NCBI GenBank assembly: GCA_913043225.1
Contig: CAJWLU010000009.1
Coordinates: 76,162 to 140,161 of the forward strand
Length of the DNA: 64,000 nucleotides
Source: an uncultured Acidobacteriota bacterium
GTDB taxonomy: Bacteria; Acidobacteriota; Vicinamibacteria; Vicinamibacterales; UBA8438
Direction of reading: 5' to 3'
Shown here: piece after piece, positions 31,101-40,868 of the stretch
Position numbering within the stretch: position 1 is the stretch's first letter
Layout: each line of letters begins with the position of its first letter
Notes under the pieces: generated by a model
Seen by the model: only the letters and a program-made list of their open reading frames with translations
What the model was told of the DNA's origin: nothing
Databases searched by the model: none
Position numbers and translations under genes: made by a program

Positions 31101-31336
31101 TTGACTATCTGACCATTCGGCTCGTGTCCCGTCCGTTCTCCGCGCCCGAGCGCCGGGTGGCGCGTTCGACGTTTGACCGGTTCGCCGAACTGTATGCTGG
31201 GGACGAGCAGGAGGCGCGACGGTTGCTCGATGTCGGCGAATCAGCCTTCGATGCCGCTTTACCGCTGGTCGACTCGGCGTCGTGGACGATGCTGGTTAGC
31301 CAGGTGATGAATCTGGACGAGGTGCTGAACAAGTAG
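28106..31336 (+). CDS. PSD1/PSCyt (DUF1549+DUF1553) cytochrome c protein with LamG-like insert
   Basis: NCFQCHGPD, WLDAARYGDT, CATCHDHKFDP, NPLTARV.VNR.WQ, RRSLY, TNTPLQAL. Confidence 0.9.
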   Translation: MHLRRLAPVSSLLCCVAVLLGDAEQAVAQATAPVDFQRDVRPILADNCFQCHGPDEGSRMAGLRLDTEDGATAARPGGAAVVRSDPAASRLIARTTEEDPARRMPPASANKALDISEVETLRRWIDEGASWDQHWAFKAIESPALPAISDDAWVRQPLDRFVLSRLKTEGLGPADEAERRTLARRVALDLTGLPIDPGRLASFLEDTESGAYERLVDRLLASSHWGEHRARYWLDAARYGDTHGIHIDNYREMYAYRDWVIRAFNANKPFDEFTVEQVAGDLLTEPTLDQLVATGFQRNNITTNEGGVVPEEYEAIYAKDRTETIGNVFLGLTVGCATCHDHKFDPIAQREFYAMTAFFRNTTQYVMDGNVSDPPPILVVPGEGDRERWHQLRAEARELDGAIRARDAAIDPVFVEWLTRGDHREVETPLEPGADWLRLMLEEPEPAVWVDGERQTITVEGATIGEGPNGLRALMFDDGAWAELPSLGLDSDIPFSLAMWIYQPEDEGNFVVAGQYDQQDGGRGWAVTIGSRQLSFRVSGDRLGPGLGATSARVGPINTKRMPTGLWTHIVLTHDGTAERGGLHVYQNGERIEEQGSEFFAKAEGRILSDAPFYLGRGDATDRQGNPVVRHFGGGGIADFRVFRRVLSPEEAKVVSEWQAVRRGSGKSPEGLDSDEREALRLRYLSIDDAEYRALLLRRQEIDREWREVRRRGSVTHVMQENTEGEAFAHVLNRGMYDQPLERVVAGTPAALPPMADSLPRNRMGLARWLTAKDNPLTARVTVNRFWQQVFGVGLVESAEDFGAQGTTPTHPELLDYLATNFRESGWDVKQFFRTLVTSSTYRQAAVTTPEKVERDPANRLLSRGPRFRMDAEMIRDYALAASGLLVRTIGGPSVKPYQPDGVWATVAMPQSNTRTYEVDNGDKLYRRSLYTFWKRSAPPASMDIFNAPTREHSTVRRERTNTPLQALVTMNDTQFVEAARHLAQRAMREAGDDFDRRLDYLTIRLVSRPFSAPERRVARSTFDRFAELYAGDEQEARRLLDVGESAFDAALPLVDSASWTMLVSQVMNLDEVLNK

Positions 31337-31386
31337 CACGCCGCCGACGAGTGGGTCGGCCGGTGGACGACGACCGCGGGGACAGC

Positions 31387-32856
31387 ATGCATCCACTTAA
31401 GGAAGCGATTCACTCCGAGACTAGGCGTCAGTTCTTCGGAACCGCAGCCAAGGGGCTGGGCGGGCTGGCTTTGGCTAACCTCTTGGCCGAGGACGCCTTC
31501 GCCCTGCCGCGCCAGAGCGCGGACGGCATAGGTGGACTGCCCAGTCTTCCGCATTTTGCCCCAACGGCTAAGCGTTGCATCTACCTACACATGATGGGCG
31601 CTCCGCCCCAGATGGACCTGCTCGACTACAAGCCCAAGATGAAGGACATGTACGACCAGGATCTGCCCGAGTCGATTCGACAAGGCCAGCGACTGACGAC
31701 CATGACCTCCGGGCAATCTCGATTTCCGATCGCGCCGTCGATCTTCGAGTTCTCGCAGCATGGCCAGAGCGGCGCCTGGTTCTCTGAGCTCCTGCCGCAC
31801 ACTGCTAGCATGGCCGACGACCTCGCCGTCATTCGGTCCATGCACACCGACGCGATCAATCACGAGCCAGGGATCACCTTCATTCAGACCGGTCAGCAGA
31901 TCCCAGGACGTCCGTGTATCGGAGCTTGGTTCGCGTATGGGCTCGGCAGCATGAACGAGGATCTGCCGACCTTCGTCGTGATGAATGCTGAGCGGAGTCA
32001 TCCCCGGGCCGGGGTGCAGGCGATCTCCGCGAAGCTGTGGAGCGCCGGATTCTTGTCTCCCGAGTATGCGGGAGTGGGAATGCGCACCGGATCGGACCCG
32101 GTACTGTATTTGCGCGACCCCGACGGGGTGTCATCGGACGTGCGACGCCAGATGCTCGACGGGCTGGGCGAGTTGAATCGGCTCCGGCACGCTGAGGTGG
32201 GCGATCCGGAAACACTGGCTCGGATCGAGCAGTATGAGATGGCCTTCCGGATGCAGTCGTCGGTGCCGGAGATGGCGGACCTCTCGAGTGAACCGGAAAG
32301 CACTTGGGCTCGCTGGGGCGAGGAAGCTCGTCAGGCCGGTAAGTTTCAGAATGCTGCCTTGATGGCGCGGCGGTTGGTTGAGCGCGGCGTGCGCTTTGTG
32401 CAGATCTACCATCGCGGCTGGGACGTCCACGCGTTCGCGCCGCAGGTGCTGCCGGCCCAGGCACGAGATGTCGACCGGGCGGCTTGGGCCTTGATTCAGG
32501 ATCTCAAGGAGCGTGGTCTGTTTGACGAAACGCTCGTTATCTGGGGTGGCGAGTTTGGACGGACCATCTACTCACAGGGTCGTTTGACCCCCACCGAGTA
32601 CGGGCGCGACCATCACCCGCGGTGCTACAGCTTGTGGATGGCGGGCGGCGGAGTGAAGGGCGGAACCGTGTATGGGGAGACGGATGACTTCTCGTACAAC
32701 ATCGTGAAGGACCCGGTCCACATTCGGGATTTCCAGGCCACGATCCTGCACCTGTTCGGGATCGACCACGAGCGGTTCACCTACAAGCACCGAGGGCTGG
32801 ATGCTCGACTCACCGGGGTGGAGCCGGCCAGGGTGGTGCGCGAGGTGTTGGCCTAG
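31387..32856 (+). CDS. DUF1501 protein
   Basis: TRRQFF leader, AKRCIYL.M.GAP, RRLVERGVRFVQ, GEFGRT, GRDHH. Confidence 0.9.
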   Translation: MHPLKEAIHSETRRQFFGTAAKGLGGLALANLLAEDAFALPRQSADGIGGLPSLPHFAPTAKRCIYLHMMGAPPQMDLLDYKPKMKDMYDQDLPESIRQGQRLTTMTSGQSRFPIAPSIFEFSQHGQSGAWFSELLPHTASMADDLAVIRSMHTDAINHEPGITFIQTGQQIPGRPCIGAWFAYGLGSMNEDLPTFVVMNAERSHPRAGVQAISAKLWSAGFLSPEYAGVGMRTGSDPVLYLRDPDGVSSDVRRQMLDGLGELNRLRHAEVGDPETLARIEQYEMAFRMQSSVPEMADLSSEPESTWARWGEEARQAGKFQNAALMARRLVERGVRFVQIYHRGWDVHAFAPQVLPAQARDVDRAAWALIQDLKERGLFDETLVIWGGEFGRTIYSQGRLTPTEYGRDHHPRCYSLWMAGGGVKGGTVYGETDDFSYNIVKDPVHIRDFQATILHLFGIDHERFTYKHRGLDARLTGVEPARVVREVLA

Positions 32857-32884
32857 CGCGCCACATGCGGCGTATCCTTAAGCG

Positions 32885-35722
32885 TTGCGACCTTACGAAG
32901 AGCTCCGAGAGCCCGTCCGTTACCTGAATCTCCTGTCGTTTCTTGATGTCTTCCGGCGCCTGACCGGTGGTTGCGCGTTCGCCTGCGCGGCCGTGCTCCT
33001 CGCGACTCCAGTGGTCGCACAGGCACCGCCGTCCCTAGTTATTACGCCGTTCGAGAATTTGAGCGGGAATGAGGACGACGCCTGGATCGGCGCTGGCATC
33101 GCAGAGTCTCTGGCCGCTGGTCTATCCGAGCGGTTCCTCGTCTCAGCGGAGCCAGAGGCCGAGGGTGCAGCCACGCGGTTTCTGGTCGAGGGGGCGTATC
33201 AGCGGCAAGGCGACGAGATTCGCATCACGGCGCAGCTGATCGAGCGCGTTGATGGCTCCGTCGTTGCCTCGGCGAAGGTTGACGGCTTACGGAGCGACCT
33301 TTTCGAGCTGCAGGATGCGGTGGTGGTGGCACTGTTGGTCCGACCTTCGATGCCGAAGTCGGTCATGCCGGAGCAACTGACTACGGCTCTCGGGAGCGTG
33401 GCCGAGTCGGAGCGTGTGTCCGGCAACGATCCCGAGTTTGGCGAGGTCGAAATGGCAGCCTTCCGGATGGGGGACGACGTTCTCCGATTGATCGATGGTC
33501 CTCCGCCTCCGGCCGCACCTGCTACGGTCACACGTGATGCACAGGGACGGGCGACGGTGCGAGCGGTGCGCGTCGATGCACCCCTGGAACTCGATGGTCG
33601 CCTGGACGAGGCGGTCTACAGCCGCGTCGAAGCCATCACGGACTTTATTCAGCAGACCCCGATCGAAGGTGCGCCGGCGACCGAGAAAACCGAGGCCTGG
33701 GTCTTGTATGACGACACGAACGTCTATGTCTCCGCCCGAGCGTGGGACCGGGCCCCTGAGAGTGAGTGGGTGGCCAATGAGATGCGTCGCGACGGTCGGC
33801 AGATCCGGCAGAATGACCTGTTCATGGTGTTGTTCGACACCTTCTACGACCGCCGCAACGGCGTTGCGTTCCAGGTTACCCCGATCGGTGCTCGTTCTGA
33901 TTTCCAGGTGACGAACGAGGGTAATCCGAACCTTGACTGGAACCCCGTCTGGGATGTCCGGACAGGGCGTTTCGATGGCGGTTGGGTCGCCGAGATGGCG
34001 ATTCCATTCAAGTCGCTTCGTTATCGGCCCGGGGACGAGCAGATCTGGGGGGTCCAGTTGCGGCGCGGTATCCGACGGCGAGCGGAGATGGCCTATCTCA
34101 CGCGGTTGCCGATCTCGGCGGCCGGCGCCGGCGCCGGGGCGGGTACCGCTGGCGTGTTCCGAGTGTCGCAGGCTGGTACTCTCGTGGGAATCCAGCCACC
34201 TCCAGCGGGGCGGAACCTCGAGATTAAGCCGTACGCGATTGGGGGGGTGACGCGCGATCGGGTCGGGAACCCCAGCAGCGGAAACGTGAGCGACGGTGAC
34301 TTTGGTCTCGACGTGAAGTACGGGATAACCGATGCGTTGACCGCCGACATCACCTACAACACCGACTTCGCGCAGGTCGAGGTGGACGAGCAGCAGGTTA
34401 ACCTCACCAGGTTCAGCCTTTTCTTTCCTGAGAAGCGAGAGTTCTTCCTGGAGGGGCGAGGCATCTTCGACTTTGCCAGAGGTGGATTTCGCGCTGGGGG
34501 AGGGGGCGGCTTCTTCGGAGGCGGCAACGCGCCCACGCTCTTCTACAGCCGTCGCATTGGCCTTCAGGCAGGTGAAGTGGTACCCATTCTGGGCGGAGGG
34601 CGGGTCACCGGTAAGGTCGGCATGTTCGACATCGGTGCCCTGAGCATTTCGACTGATGACCAGTTGCTGGGCGCGGCGGAGTCCACGAACTTTACGGTGG
34701 TGCGGCTGAAGCGGGACATCCTGCGGCGGAGCGCGATCGGCGGCATTTTCACTAATCGGTCGGTGGCTGTCGACGGTGCCGGGTCCAGTCAGGCCTACGG
34801 ATTAGACGCGACGCTGGCGTTCTTCGAGAACATCGAAGCGGTGGGCTATTACGCGCGCACCGAGACTCCAGGTGTATCGGGCCGCGATACGAGTTACCAG
34901 GGCCGCCTGCTCTATGCTGGCGATCGCTACGGCATGCAAGTCGAGCACCTCTTGGTGGAGGACGATTTCAATCCGGAGGTTGGCTTCCTGCGGCGTGACA
35001 ATTTCCGCCGGACGTTTGCGGAAGGGCGTTTCAGTCCCCGGCCGGCGTCGATCGACTGGGTGCGGCAGTTCCGGCTCGTTGGCAGCATCGACTATATCCA
35101 GACCGCCGATACCGAAGTGCTCGAGACCAGGACCAATACGCTGCAGCTCCAGACCGAATTCCAGAACAGCGACACGTTCGGAGTCAGCCTCACCGACAAC
35201 TACGAGCTGCTGCTCAACCCGTTCAGTCCGGGCGGCGCCGATTTCTCGATTCCGCTAGGTGGCTACGCGTTTGCAGATGCACAGGCTGTGTATCGCCTTG
35301 GAGAGCAACGACCCTTCAGCGGCGGGGTGAGCGTCCAGCGTGGTGGGTTCTTTGGAGGAGATATCACGGCGGTCGGGTTGCAGGGCGGGCGGCTCGCCGT
35401 CCTGCCGCAGTTGTCCATTGAGCCGAGCGTGTCGATCAACTGGATCGAAACGCCCTACGGCTCGCTCCGGACAGACCTGGTGGTGACCCGGATGAACTAC
35501 GCCGTCAGCCCGTGGATGTTCTTCAGCGGCTTGGTGCAATACAACTCGGCCAATGACACCGTCAGCAGCAATCTTCGGTTCCGTTGGGAGTACAGTCCTG
35601 GTAGCGAAATTTTCGTGGTCTATACCGAGGATCGTGACAGCGCCACGCTTCGCCCCAACCGCTTCACTGAGCTCCGTAACCGCGGTTTTGTGATCAAGCT
35701 GAACAGGTTGTTTCGGTTCTAG
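32885..35722 (+). CDS. Outer-membrane DUF5916/CBM9-like protein with N-terminal TolB/FlgO-like domain
   Basis: PFENLSG..W.G.GIAE, LDGRLDE, AEMAIPFKSLRY, NTDFAQVEVD, FFPEKREFFLE, C-terminal Phe. Start uncertain. Confidence 0.75.
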   Translation: MRPYEELREPVRYLNLLSFLDVFRRLTGGCAFACAAVLLATPVVAQAPPSLVITPFENLSGNEDDAWIGAGIAESLAAGLSERFLVSAEPEAEGAATRFLVEGAYQRQGDEIRITAQLIERVDGSVVASAKVDGLRSDLFELQDAVVVALLVRPSMPKSVMPEQLTTALGSVAESERVSGNDPEFGEVEMAAFRMGDDVLRLIDGPPPPAAPATVTRDAQGRATVRAVRVDAPLELDGRLDEAVYSRVEAITDFIQQTPIEGAPATEKTEAWVLYDDTNVYVSARAWDRAPESEWVANEMRRDGRQIRQNDLFMVLFDTFYDRRNGVAFQVTPIGARSDFQVTNEGNPNLDWNPVWDVRTGRFDGGWVAEMAIPFKSLRYRPGDEQIWGVQLRRGIRRRAEMAYLTRLPISAAGAGAGAGTAGVFRVSQAGTLVGIQPPPAGRNLEIKPYAIGGVTRDRVGNPSSGNVSDGDFGLDVKYGITDALTADITYNTDFAQVEVDEQQVNLTRFSLFFPEKREFFLEGRGIFDFARGGFRAGGGGGFFGGGNAPTLFYSRRIGLQAGEVVPILGGGRVTGKVGMFDIGALSISTDDQLLGAAESTNFTVVRLKRDILRRSAIGGIFTNRSVAVDGAGSSQAYGLDATLAFFENIEAVGYYARTETPGVSGRDTSYQGRLLYAGDRYGMQVEHLLVEDDFNPEVGFLRRDNFRRTFAEGRFSPRPASIDWVRQFRLVGSIDYIQTADTEVLETRTNTLQLQTEFQNSDTFGVSLTDNYELLLNPFSPGGADFSIPLGGYAFADAQAVYRLGEQRPFSGGVSVQRGGFFGGDITAVGLQGGRLAVLPQLSIEPSVSINWIETPYGSLRTDLVVTRMNYAVSPWMFFSGLVQYNSANDTVSSNLRFRWEYSPGSEIFVVYTEDRDSATLRPNRFTELRNRGFVIKLNRLFRF

Positions 35723-35730
35723 AGTTAGAT

Positions 35731-35840
35731 GGAGCTTCGCTCACAAGCCCTACGCGGCGCTAGAGGTGTCCCATCGCCTCACGTCGTAGGGCGTGACGCC
35801 CAGAGGCCCACCGCCTAGGCGGAGCGCGCCCCGCCTAGGC
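35731..35840. repeat. REP-like/terminator palindromes between convergent genes
   Basis: GCCCTACG(35747)/CGTAGGGC(35785) inverted pair with GTAG heads; GCCTAGGCGG...CCGCCTAGGC 10-bp stem at 35813-35840. Confidence 0.45.
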
Positions 35841-35870
35841 CAACGGTTGGACTGATTGTCAGTAGAGGGT

Positions 35871-36905
35871 CTAAAACATTGCGACCGGGTTAGCAGGCGA
35901 TCCCGTGCCGCGAGCGACGTTCAGAGGAAGCAGCATGAACATGAACTCGTGTCGCCCCTCTTCCGCGCAGGCGTCGGCGATCGGTTCGAGTCGAGCGTTG
36001 TCTAGTAGCGCGACGCCGAAGTTGAAAAGCACCCCGTGCACCGGCCAGGGTAGACCCGTTCCGCCCATACCGGCGTCCATCAGGTCCCACCCGAGCAGCG
36101 CTACGTCGTGATCGCGGATGAACTCCGCACAGCTGACATGGAGGCCGGCGCCGGCGTTGGCTCCCGCGTTTGTTGCCGCTTCCCAGCCGCTGTGGACGAG
36201 CAGCGCGTCTCCGGCATCGACTGAAACCCCCTGCGTTTCGGCGATGGTGGCGAGTTCGTCGCCGGTGACCGGGTCCTCGCGGGTGACGTGGGGTACTCCG
36301 CGGTGCCGCGGCACGTCGATCAGCACACCCTTGGTGATGATGCCGCGATTCCAGTGCGTGATGTCGGCGAAGTGGGCGCCTTGGGTCGTGACCTCTTCGG
36401 TGTGGTTTCGCCCCTGCCACATGCCGTCCTCGTCCCAGATGTGGCACATGGCGTCGATGTGGGTCACCGTCGCCCCGTGGTAGATGAACCCAAGATAGTC
36501 CATCACATAGCCCCCGCCGGCTCCGAGGGAACTTTTAGTGATGAAGTGCTGTGGCGGCTCAAAGGTACGACTGAGTGACACCGTCCTACCCGTGCGGACC
36601 AGCGCCGCGGCGGCCGCTCGTTTCTCCGCCGTGATGAGGTTAATGGCACCTACCTGGTCGTCGTCACCCCACCGTCCCCAGTTCCGACGGTTCCGGTACA
36701 TTGCGGCATAGGTCTCGACTTCGCCCGGCTGCAGCACGCTCTCGGTAGTCGACTCGTGCCGTCTCGTCGCCTGGCGTGTCAAGAGCTCTGGTGGTGAGAA
36801 CGTTCGTGCGCGTGAGGTGGCGGCGTGGGCGCTGGCACCGCCGGCCACGGTGGCACTGCCGAGGGCGGCAGCGTGTCTAAGGAACTGTCGTCGTGATGCT
36901 GGCAT
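35871..36905 (-). CDS. Tat-exported cyclase (kynurenine formamidase-like) family protein
   Basis: SRRQFL Tat signal, NWGRWG.DD..G, HG..VTHIDA.CH, GTGSPANP. Confidence 0.85.
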   Translation of the reverse strand: MPASRRQFLRHAAALGSATVAGGASAHAATSRARTFSPPELLTRQATRRHESTTESVLQPGEVETYAAMYRNRRNWGRWGDDDQVGAINLITAEKRAAAAALVRTGRTVSLSRTFEPPQHFITKSSLGAGGGYVMDYLGFIYHGATVTHIDAMCHIWDEDGMWQGRNHTEEVTTQGAHFADITHWNRGIITKGVLIDVPRHRGVPHVTREDPVTGDELATIAETQGVSVDAGDALLVHSGWEAATNAGANAGAGLHVSCAEFIRDHDVALLGWDLMDAGMGGTGLPWPVHGVLFNFGVALLDNARLEPIADACAEEGRHEFMFMLLPLNVARGTGSPANPVAMF

Positions 36906-37056
36906 CAGTATCGTCCCTGGCCCCGTTGGTCCTGGTCGGGAGGCGAGTGCTTCGCTGGTGAGATGTTCGTAGAGTTCCTGCTTATATCCGCTGCCCTCCA
37001 TGGGCACATGTGAGACTGACGAAGCAACGCTACCAGACAGGCACCTCGCCAGGAAG

Positions 37057-37551
37057 CTAGATTATGTGACCGACCCACCTTCCGGCGAAGATCACGATGA
37101 TCCAGAGGGCGAGCGAGGCGAGCCCGGCACGTCGGCCGGCGGTTGGGATGACGGCGTCGGCATCCCAGTTTGGGACCTGGCGGAACGTCTTGAACTGGAA
37201 GAGCGTCATGTTGACGCCAGCGGCCACCAGACCGATCAGCTTTATCTGGAACGCGGGATTTTCGATGTAGGTCGCCGCGCGGGTCATGAAGAGCCCGAAC
37301 CCAGTGATCACGGTGAGGATGAAGGCGCCCCAGGTCCACGGGATGAGCTCCTTCGTCATCCGACTGACCGGATAGGTCAAGGCAGTCAGCCCGAGTAACC
37401 GGAGGTCGACCATCAGGATGGAGCCGACCACCAGCCCCACTCCAACTACATGGAGCGACTCGAGGAACGGGAACCACCAGGTGAAGCCGATGTGCTCGGC
37501 GAGCGGCTGCGTTTCTAGCCAGGACCAGAGTTCGGGAAAGGGTATGGGCAT
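37057..37551 (-). CDS. DUF6644-like membrane protein
   Basis: ESLHVVG...DLRLLG, NPAFQIKL, SLALW...AGRW. Confidence 0.7.
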   Translation of the reverse strand: MPIPFPELWSWLETQPLAEHIGFTWWFPFLESLHVVGVGLVVGSILMVDLRLLGLTALTYPVSRMTKELIPWTWGAFILTVITGFGLFMTRAATYIENPAFQIKLIGLVAAGVNMTLFQFKTFRQVPNWDADAVIPTAGRRAGLASLALWIIVIFAGRWVGHII

Positions 37552-37556
37552 TGCGG

Positions 37557-38078
37557 TTACTCGTACAGGAAGTACAGGTAGTCGGTATAGGCGATCCAGC
37601 GACCAGCCAGCACGATGCCCAGCCACAGCAGGAGCGACGTTGCGGCGATCACCCGCGCGCCATTCCGTCGTGTGTGGGACGCCTCCCAATAGCCGGGTTC
37701 ACGCGCGTTCATCCAGTAGAGCACTACCGCCAGGAGTACGACAGGCACAAGCATCTGGAACTTCCACTCCGCCACCGGGTTGTAGAAGTACCGATTCGGT
37801 CGGGCCACTACGAACAGGCCGCCGGTAATCAGATTCACCGGTAGTGCCCAGAAGGTCCAGGGCAGCAGTCGCTGGATCATCTCGCTGGGACTCTGGCTAG
37901 GGACAGCCAGACCGATAAGTCGCAGGTTGACCATCACCGCGGAGGCCATGATGACGGCGATAGCGAGGATGTGGAGCGACTGAGCGATCGGGGGGAGTCC
38001 GGGTACGTTGCCCAGCAGATAGACCGCGAACTCGCGCGCCGGGCTCTCGGCGAGGGCGTTCGCGATATTGTCCTTCAT
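37557..38078 (-). CDS. DUF6644-like membrane protein (tandem paralog)
   Basis: QSLHILAI...NLRLIG, RYFYNP..WK, SLLLW...AGRWIAY. Confidence 0.7.
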   Translation of the reverse strand: MKDNIANALAESPAREFAVYLLGNVPGLPPIAQSLHILAIAVIMASAVMVNLRLIGLAVPSQSPSEMIQRLLPWTFWALPVNLITGGLFVVARPNRYFYNPVAEWKFQMLVPVVLLAVVLYWMNAREPGYWEASHTRRNGARVIAATSLLLWLGIVLAGRWIAYTDYLYFLYE

Positions 38079-38233
38079 GGCCGGTAATGATACGTCGCAC
38101 AGCGTGGCGGTCAACGCACGCCAGTCAGGTCGATGCTAAAGATGGCTCAGTCCGCGGGGCCTCGGCGACTTCCTCGTGAATCAACTGGCTGGTGAATTGG
38201 AGGCCGATCACCGGGTTGGTGGCTAGATAAGGG

Positions 38234-38308
38234 GCCCATGCCGCACTGTCCGAGCGTGCGCTCGATCTCGTAGCGTCCGATCTGTTGCGGGAGGGGCGTG
38301 TCCGTCAC
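38234..38308 (-). pseudogene. 5' remnant of a Hanks-type Ser/Thr kinase gene
   Basis: PQQIGRYEIERTLGQCGMG matches kinase subdomain I (LG.GGMG); similarity ends abruptly. Confidence 0.55.
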
Positions 38309-38396
38309 GTGAGCACCGTGGCCGGCGGCCATGCTATCGCCGGGGTCTGTCAATTGACACCTGCCCGACCATCGGCGAAACTAGCACAGTTTTCAG

Positions 38397-40868
38397 ATGG
38401 TTAGAGGCATCCTTCGAAGACAGGGGGTACTGGTTGGGCTGGGTGCAGTCGCAGTATGTCTGGCTCTCCTCATCCCGTCCGCTTTGTCCCCACCACTCGA
38501 AGCCCGTGCCGCGCTCGAGGGCGAAGCGCTGTTGCTGGATGAAACGCTCAAGCAGTATTGCGTTACCTGTCACAATCCGCGACTCCAGACCGCCGAGTTG
38601 AGCCTGCAGGGGCTGGATCTCGAAGAGATCGGTGCCCACGCTGAAATCTGGGAAGGCGTGGTCCGCAAGCTGCGGACCCGGTCCATGCCGCCGGTCGGCC
38701 GGCCGCGGCCCGAGAACGACACCTACGATCGCCTCGCGGTGTGGCTGGAAGACGAGATCGATCGGGCGGCGTTTCCGGCCGTGGATCCGGGGCGTACCGA
38801 GGCATTCCATCGCTTGAATCGGGCCGAGTACGCCAACGCAGTCAGAGACCTACTCGGCCTCGAGGTAGACGTGGCGGAGCTCCTGCCCGCCGACAACTTC
38901 GATGAGCACGGCTTCGACAACATGGCCAGCGTGCTCACCGTTTCGTCGTCGTTGCTGGAGCGCTATCTGTCGGCGGCACGCAAGATCGCCCGGCTCGCGG
39001 TGGGCGAGACGCCGTCGGGTCCGGCAACCTCCACCTACCGGGTGCCCATTCTCTACGTGCAGGACGACCGCGTCAGCGAGCTGCTGCCGTTCGGTTCACG
39101 GGGCGGTATCGGGATCGAGCACTACTTCCCGGTGGACGGTGAGTACGACCTGGAGGTCACACTGCACCGGAACTACGTAAACTACGTCCGTGGTATGGGA
39201 TCGCGCCACGAGCTGCAGGTGCGGCTCGATGGTCGCCTCGTGCGGACCTTTACGTTTGGCGGCACGGAGCCGGACGTGCTGCAGGCGCCCGCTAGCTATG
39301 GCGGAAACCAGTTTGGTGACCCCGAGTGGGAAGAGTACATGCTTTTCGCCGACGCCAATCTCCGGGTGCGGTTCGAGGCGGAGGCTGGTCCGCGTGTCGT
39401 CAGCGTGTCGTTCGTGCGACGCCACACCGAGCCGGAGGGGGTTCAGCAGCCGCGGCAGAGCATCTTCGCCGTGTCAGTGAATGAGATGCGCGACGGGAAC
39501 GCCGCGGTCGATCAGGTGGTCATCGGCGGTCCGTACGAGAGTCGTGGTCCTGGGGACACGCTGAGCCGCCGCGCCGTCTTCAGCTGCACGCCCGAAAGCG
39601 TCGGTGAGGAGGAGCCCTGCGCTCGCGAAATCCTCCGGCGTCTGGCCAGACGCGCCTATCGGCGTCCGGTGGGCGAGGCGGATCTGGTGCCGTTACTGCA
39701 GTTCTACCGGGCTGGACGCGAAGGCGGGTCGTTCGATGGAGGTCTCCAGCTGGCACTAGAGCGGCTGCTCATCTCGCCCGACTTCCTGTTCCGGATCGAG
39801 CGCGATCCTACCGGCGTCACGCCGGGTGAGCGCTACAAGCTGACGGACCTGGAACTGGCGTCGCGGCTGTCGTTCTTCCTGTGGTCGAGTGGCCCGGACG
39901 ATGAGCTGCTCAATCTGGCCGAGGCAGGCCGGCTGCAGGACCTCGCCGTTCTCGAAACGCAGGCCAGGCGCATGCTGGCCGATTCCCGCGCGTCGGCGCT
40001 AGTCGCCAACTTTGCGGGGCAGTGGCTGCGGCTGCGTGACCTCGGCAGCGTGGTTCCAGACGCCATCGTGTTTCCCGACTTCGACGAGAACCTGCGCGAG
40101 GCGTTCCAGCAAGAGACGGAGCTCTTCATCGAAAGCCTGCTCCGAGAGGACCGGAGTGTGCTGGACCTGGTGGGCGCCGACTACACGTTCGCCAACGAGC
40201 GGCTGGCCAGGCACTATGGCATCCCGAACGTCTACGGTAGCCACTTTCGCCGGATTGAGCTCGACGGTGAGACGGCCGAGCGGCGCGGCGGGATCATCGG
40301 TCACGGCAGCGTGCTGACTGTCACCTCCTACCCGAACCGCACCTCACCAGTGCTCCGCGGCAAGTGGATTCTAAACAACATTTTGGGTACCCCGCCGCCA
40401 CCCCCGCCTGACGACGTGCCCGACCTGCCGGATCGCGGCGAGGATGGAAATCCGGCGACAGTACGCGAACGTCTTCAGAGGCATCGCGAAAGCCCAGTCT
40501 GTTCGACTTGTCACGCGCCGATGGACCCGCTGGGGCTAGCCATGGAGAACTACGACGCGGTGGGCCAGTGGCGGACCACGGGCGAGGCGACGTTGCCGAT
40601 CGATTCGTCAGGGACGTTACCGGACGGGACCGCGTTCGACGGCCCTGACGGGCTACGTTCGTTACTACTCGAGCGGGGCGACCAGTTCGTGGCGACAGTG
40701 ACCGAGAAGCTGCTGGCTTATGCGATCGGTCGCGGACCGGAGTACTACGATCGGCCCACGGTGCGGGAGATTGTGCGGCAGACGGCGGTGGATGACCACC
40801 GGTGGTCATCTGTCATTGTGAACATCGTGAAGAGTGGACCGTTCCGGATGCGGAGGACGGAGTCATGA
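38397..40868 (+). CDS. DUF1592/DUF1588/DUF1585 cytochrome c-like protein (copy 2)
   Basis: YCVTCH, CSTCH, HRLNRAEY, ELASRLSFFLWSS, RTSPVLRG; TTGACA at 38354 upstream. Confidence 0.85.
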   Translation: MVRGILRRQGVLVGLGAVAVCLALLIPSALSPPLEARAALEGEALLLDETLKQYCVTCHNPRLQTAELSLQGLDLEEIGAHAEIWEGVVRKLRTRSMPPVGRPRPENDTYDRLAVWLEDEIDRAAFPAVDPGRTEAFHRLNRAEYANAVRDLLGLEVDVAELLPADNFDEHGFDNMASVLTVSSSLLERYLSAARKIARLAVGETPSGPATSTYRVPILYVQDDRVSELLPFGSRGGIGIEHYFPVDGEYDLEVTLHRNYVNYVRGMGSRHELQVRLDGRLVRTFTFGGTEPDVLQAPASYGGNQFGDPEWEEYMLFADANLRVRFEAEAGPRVVSVSFVRRHTEPEGVQQPRQSIFAVSVNEMRDGNAAVDQVVIGGPYESRGPGDTLSRRAVFSCTPESVGEEEPCAREILRRLARRAYRRPVGEADLVPLLQFYRAGREGGSFDGGLQLALERLLISPDFLFRIERDPTGVTPGERYKLTDLELASRLSFFLWSSGPDDELLNLAEAGRLQDLAVLETQARRMLADSRASALVANFAGQWLRLRDLGSVVPDAIVFPDFDENLREAFQQETELFIESLLREDRSVLDLVGADYTFANERLARHYGIPNVYGSHFRRIELDGETAERRGGIIGHGSVLTVTSYPNRTSPVLRGKWILNNILGTPPPPPPDDVPDLPDRGEDGNPATVRERLQRHRESPVCSTCHAPMDPLGLAMENYDAVGQWRTTGEATLPIDSSGTLPDGTAFDGPDGLRSLLLERGDQFVATVTEKLLAYAIGRGPEYYDRPTVREIVRQTAVDDHRWSSVIVNIVKSGPFRMRRTES

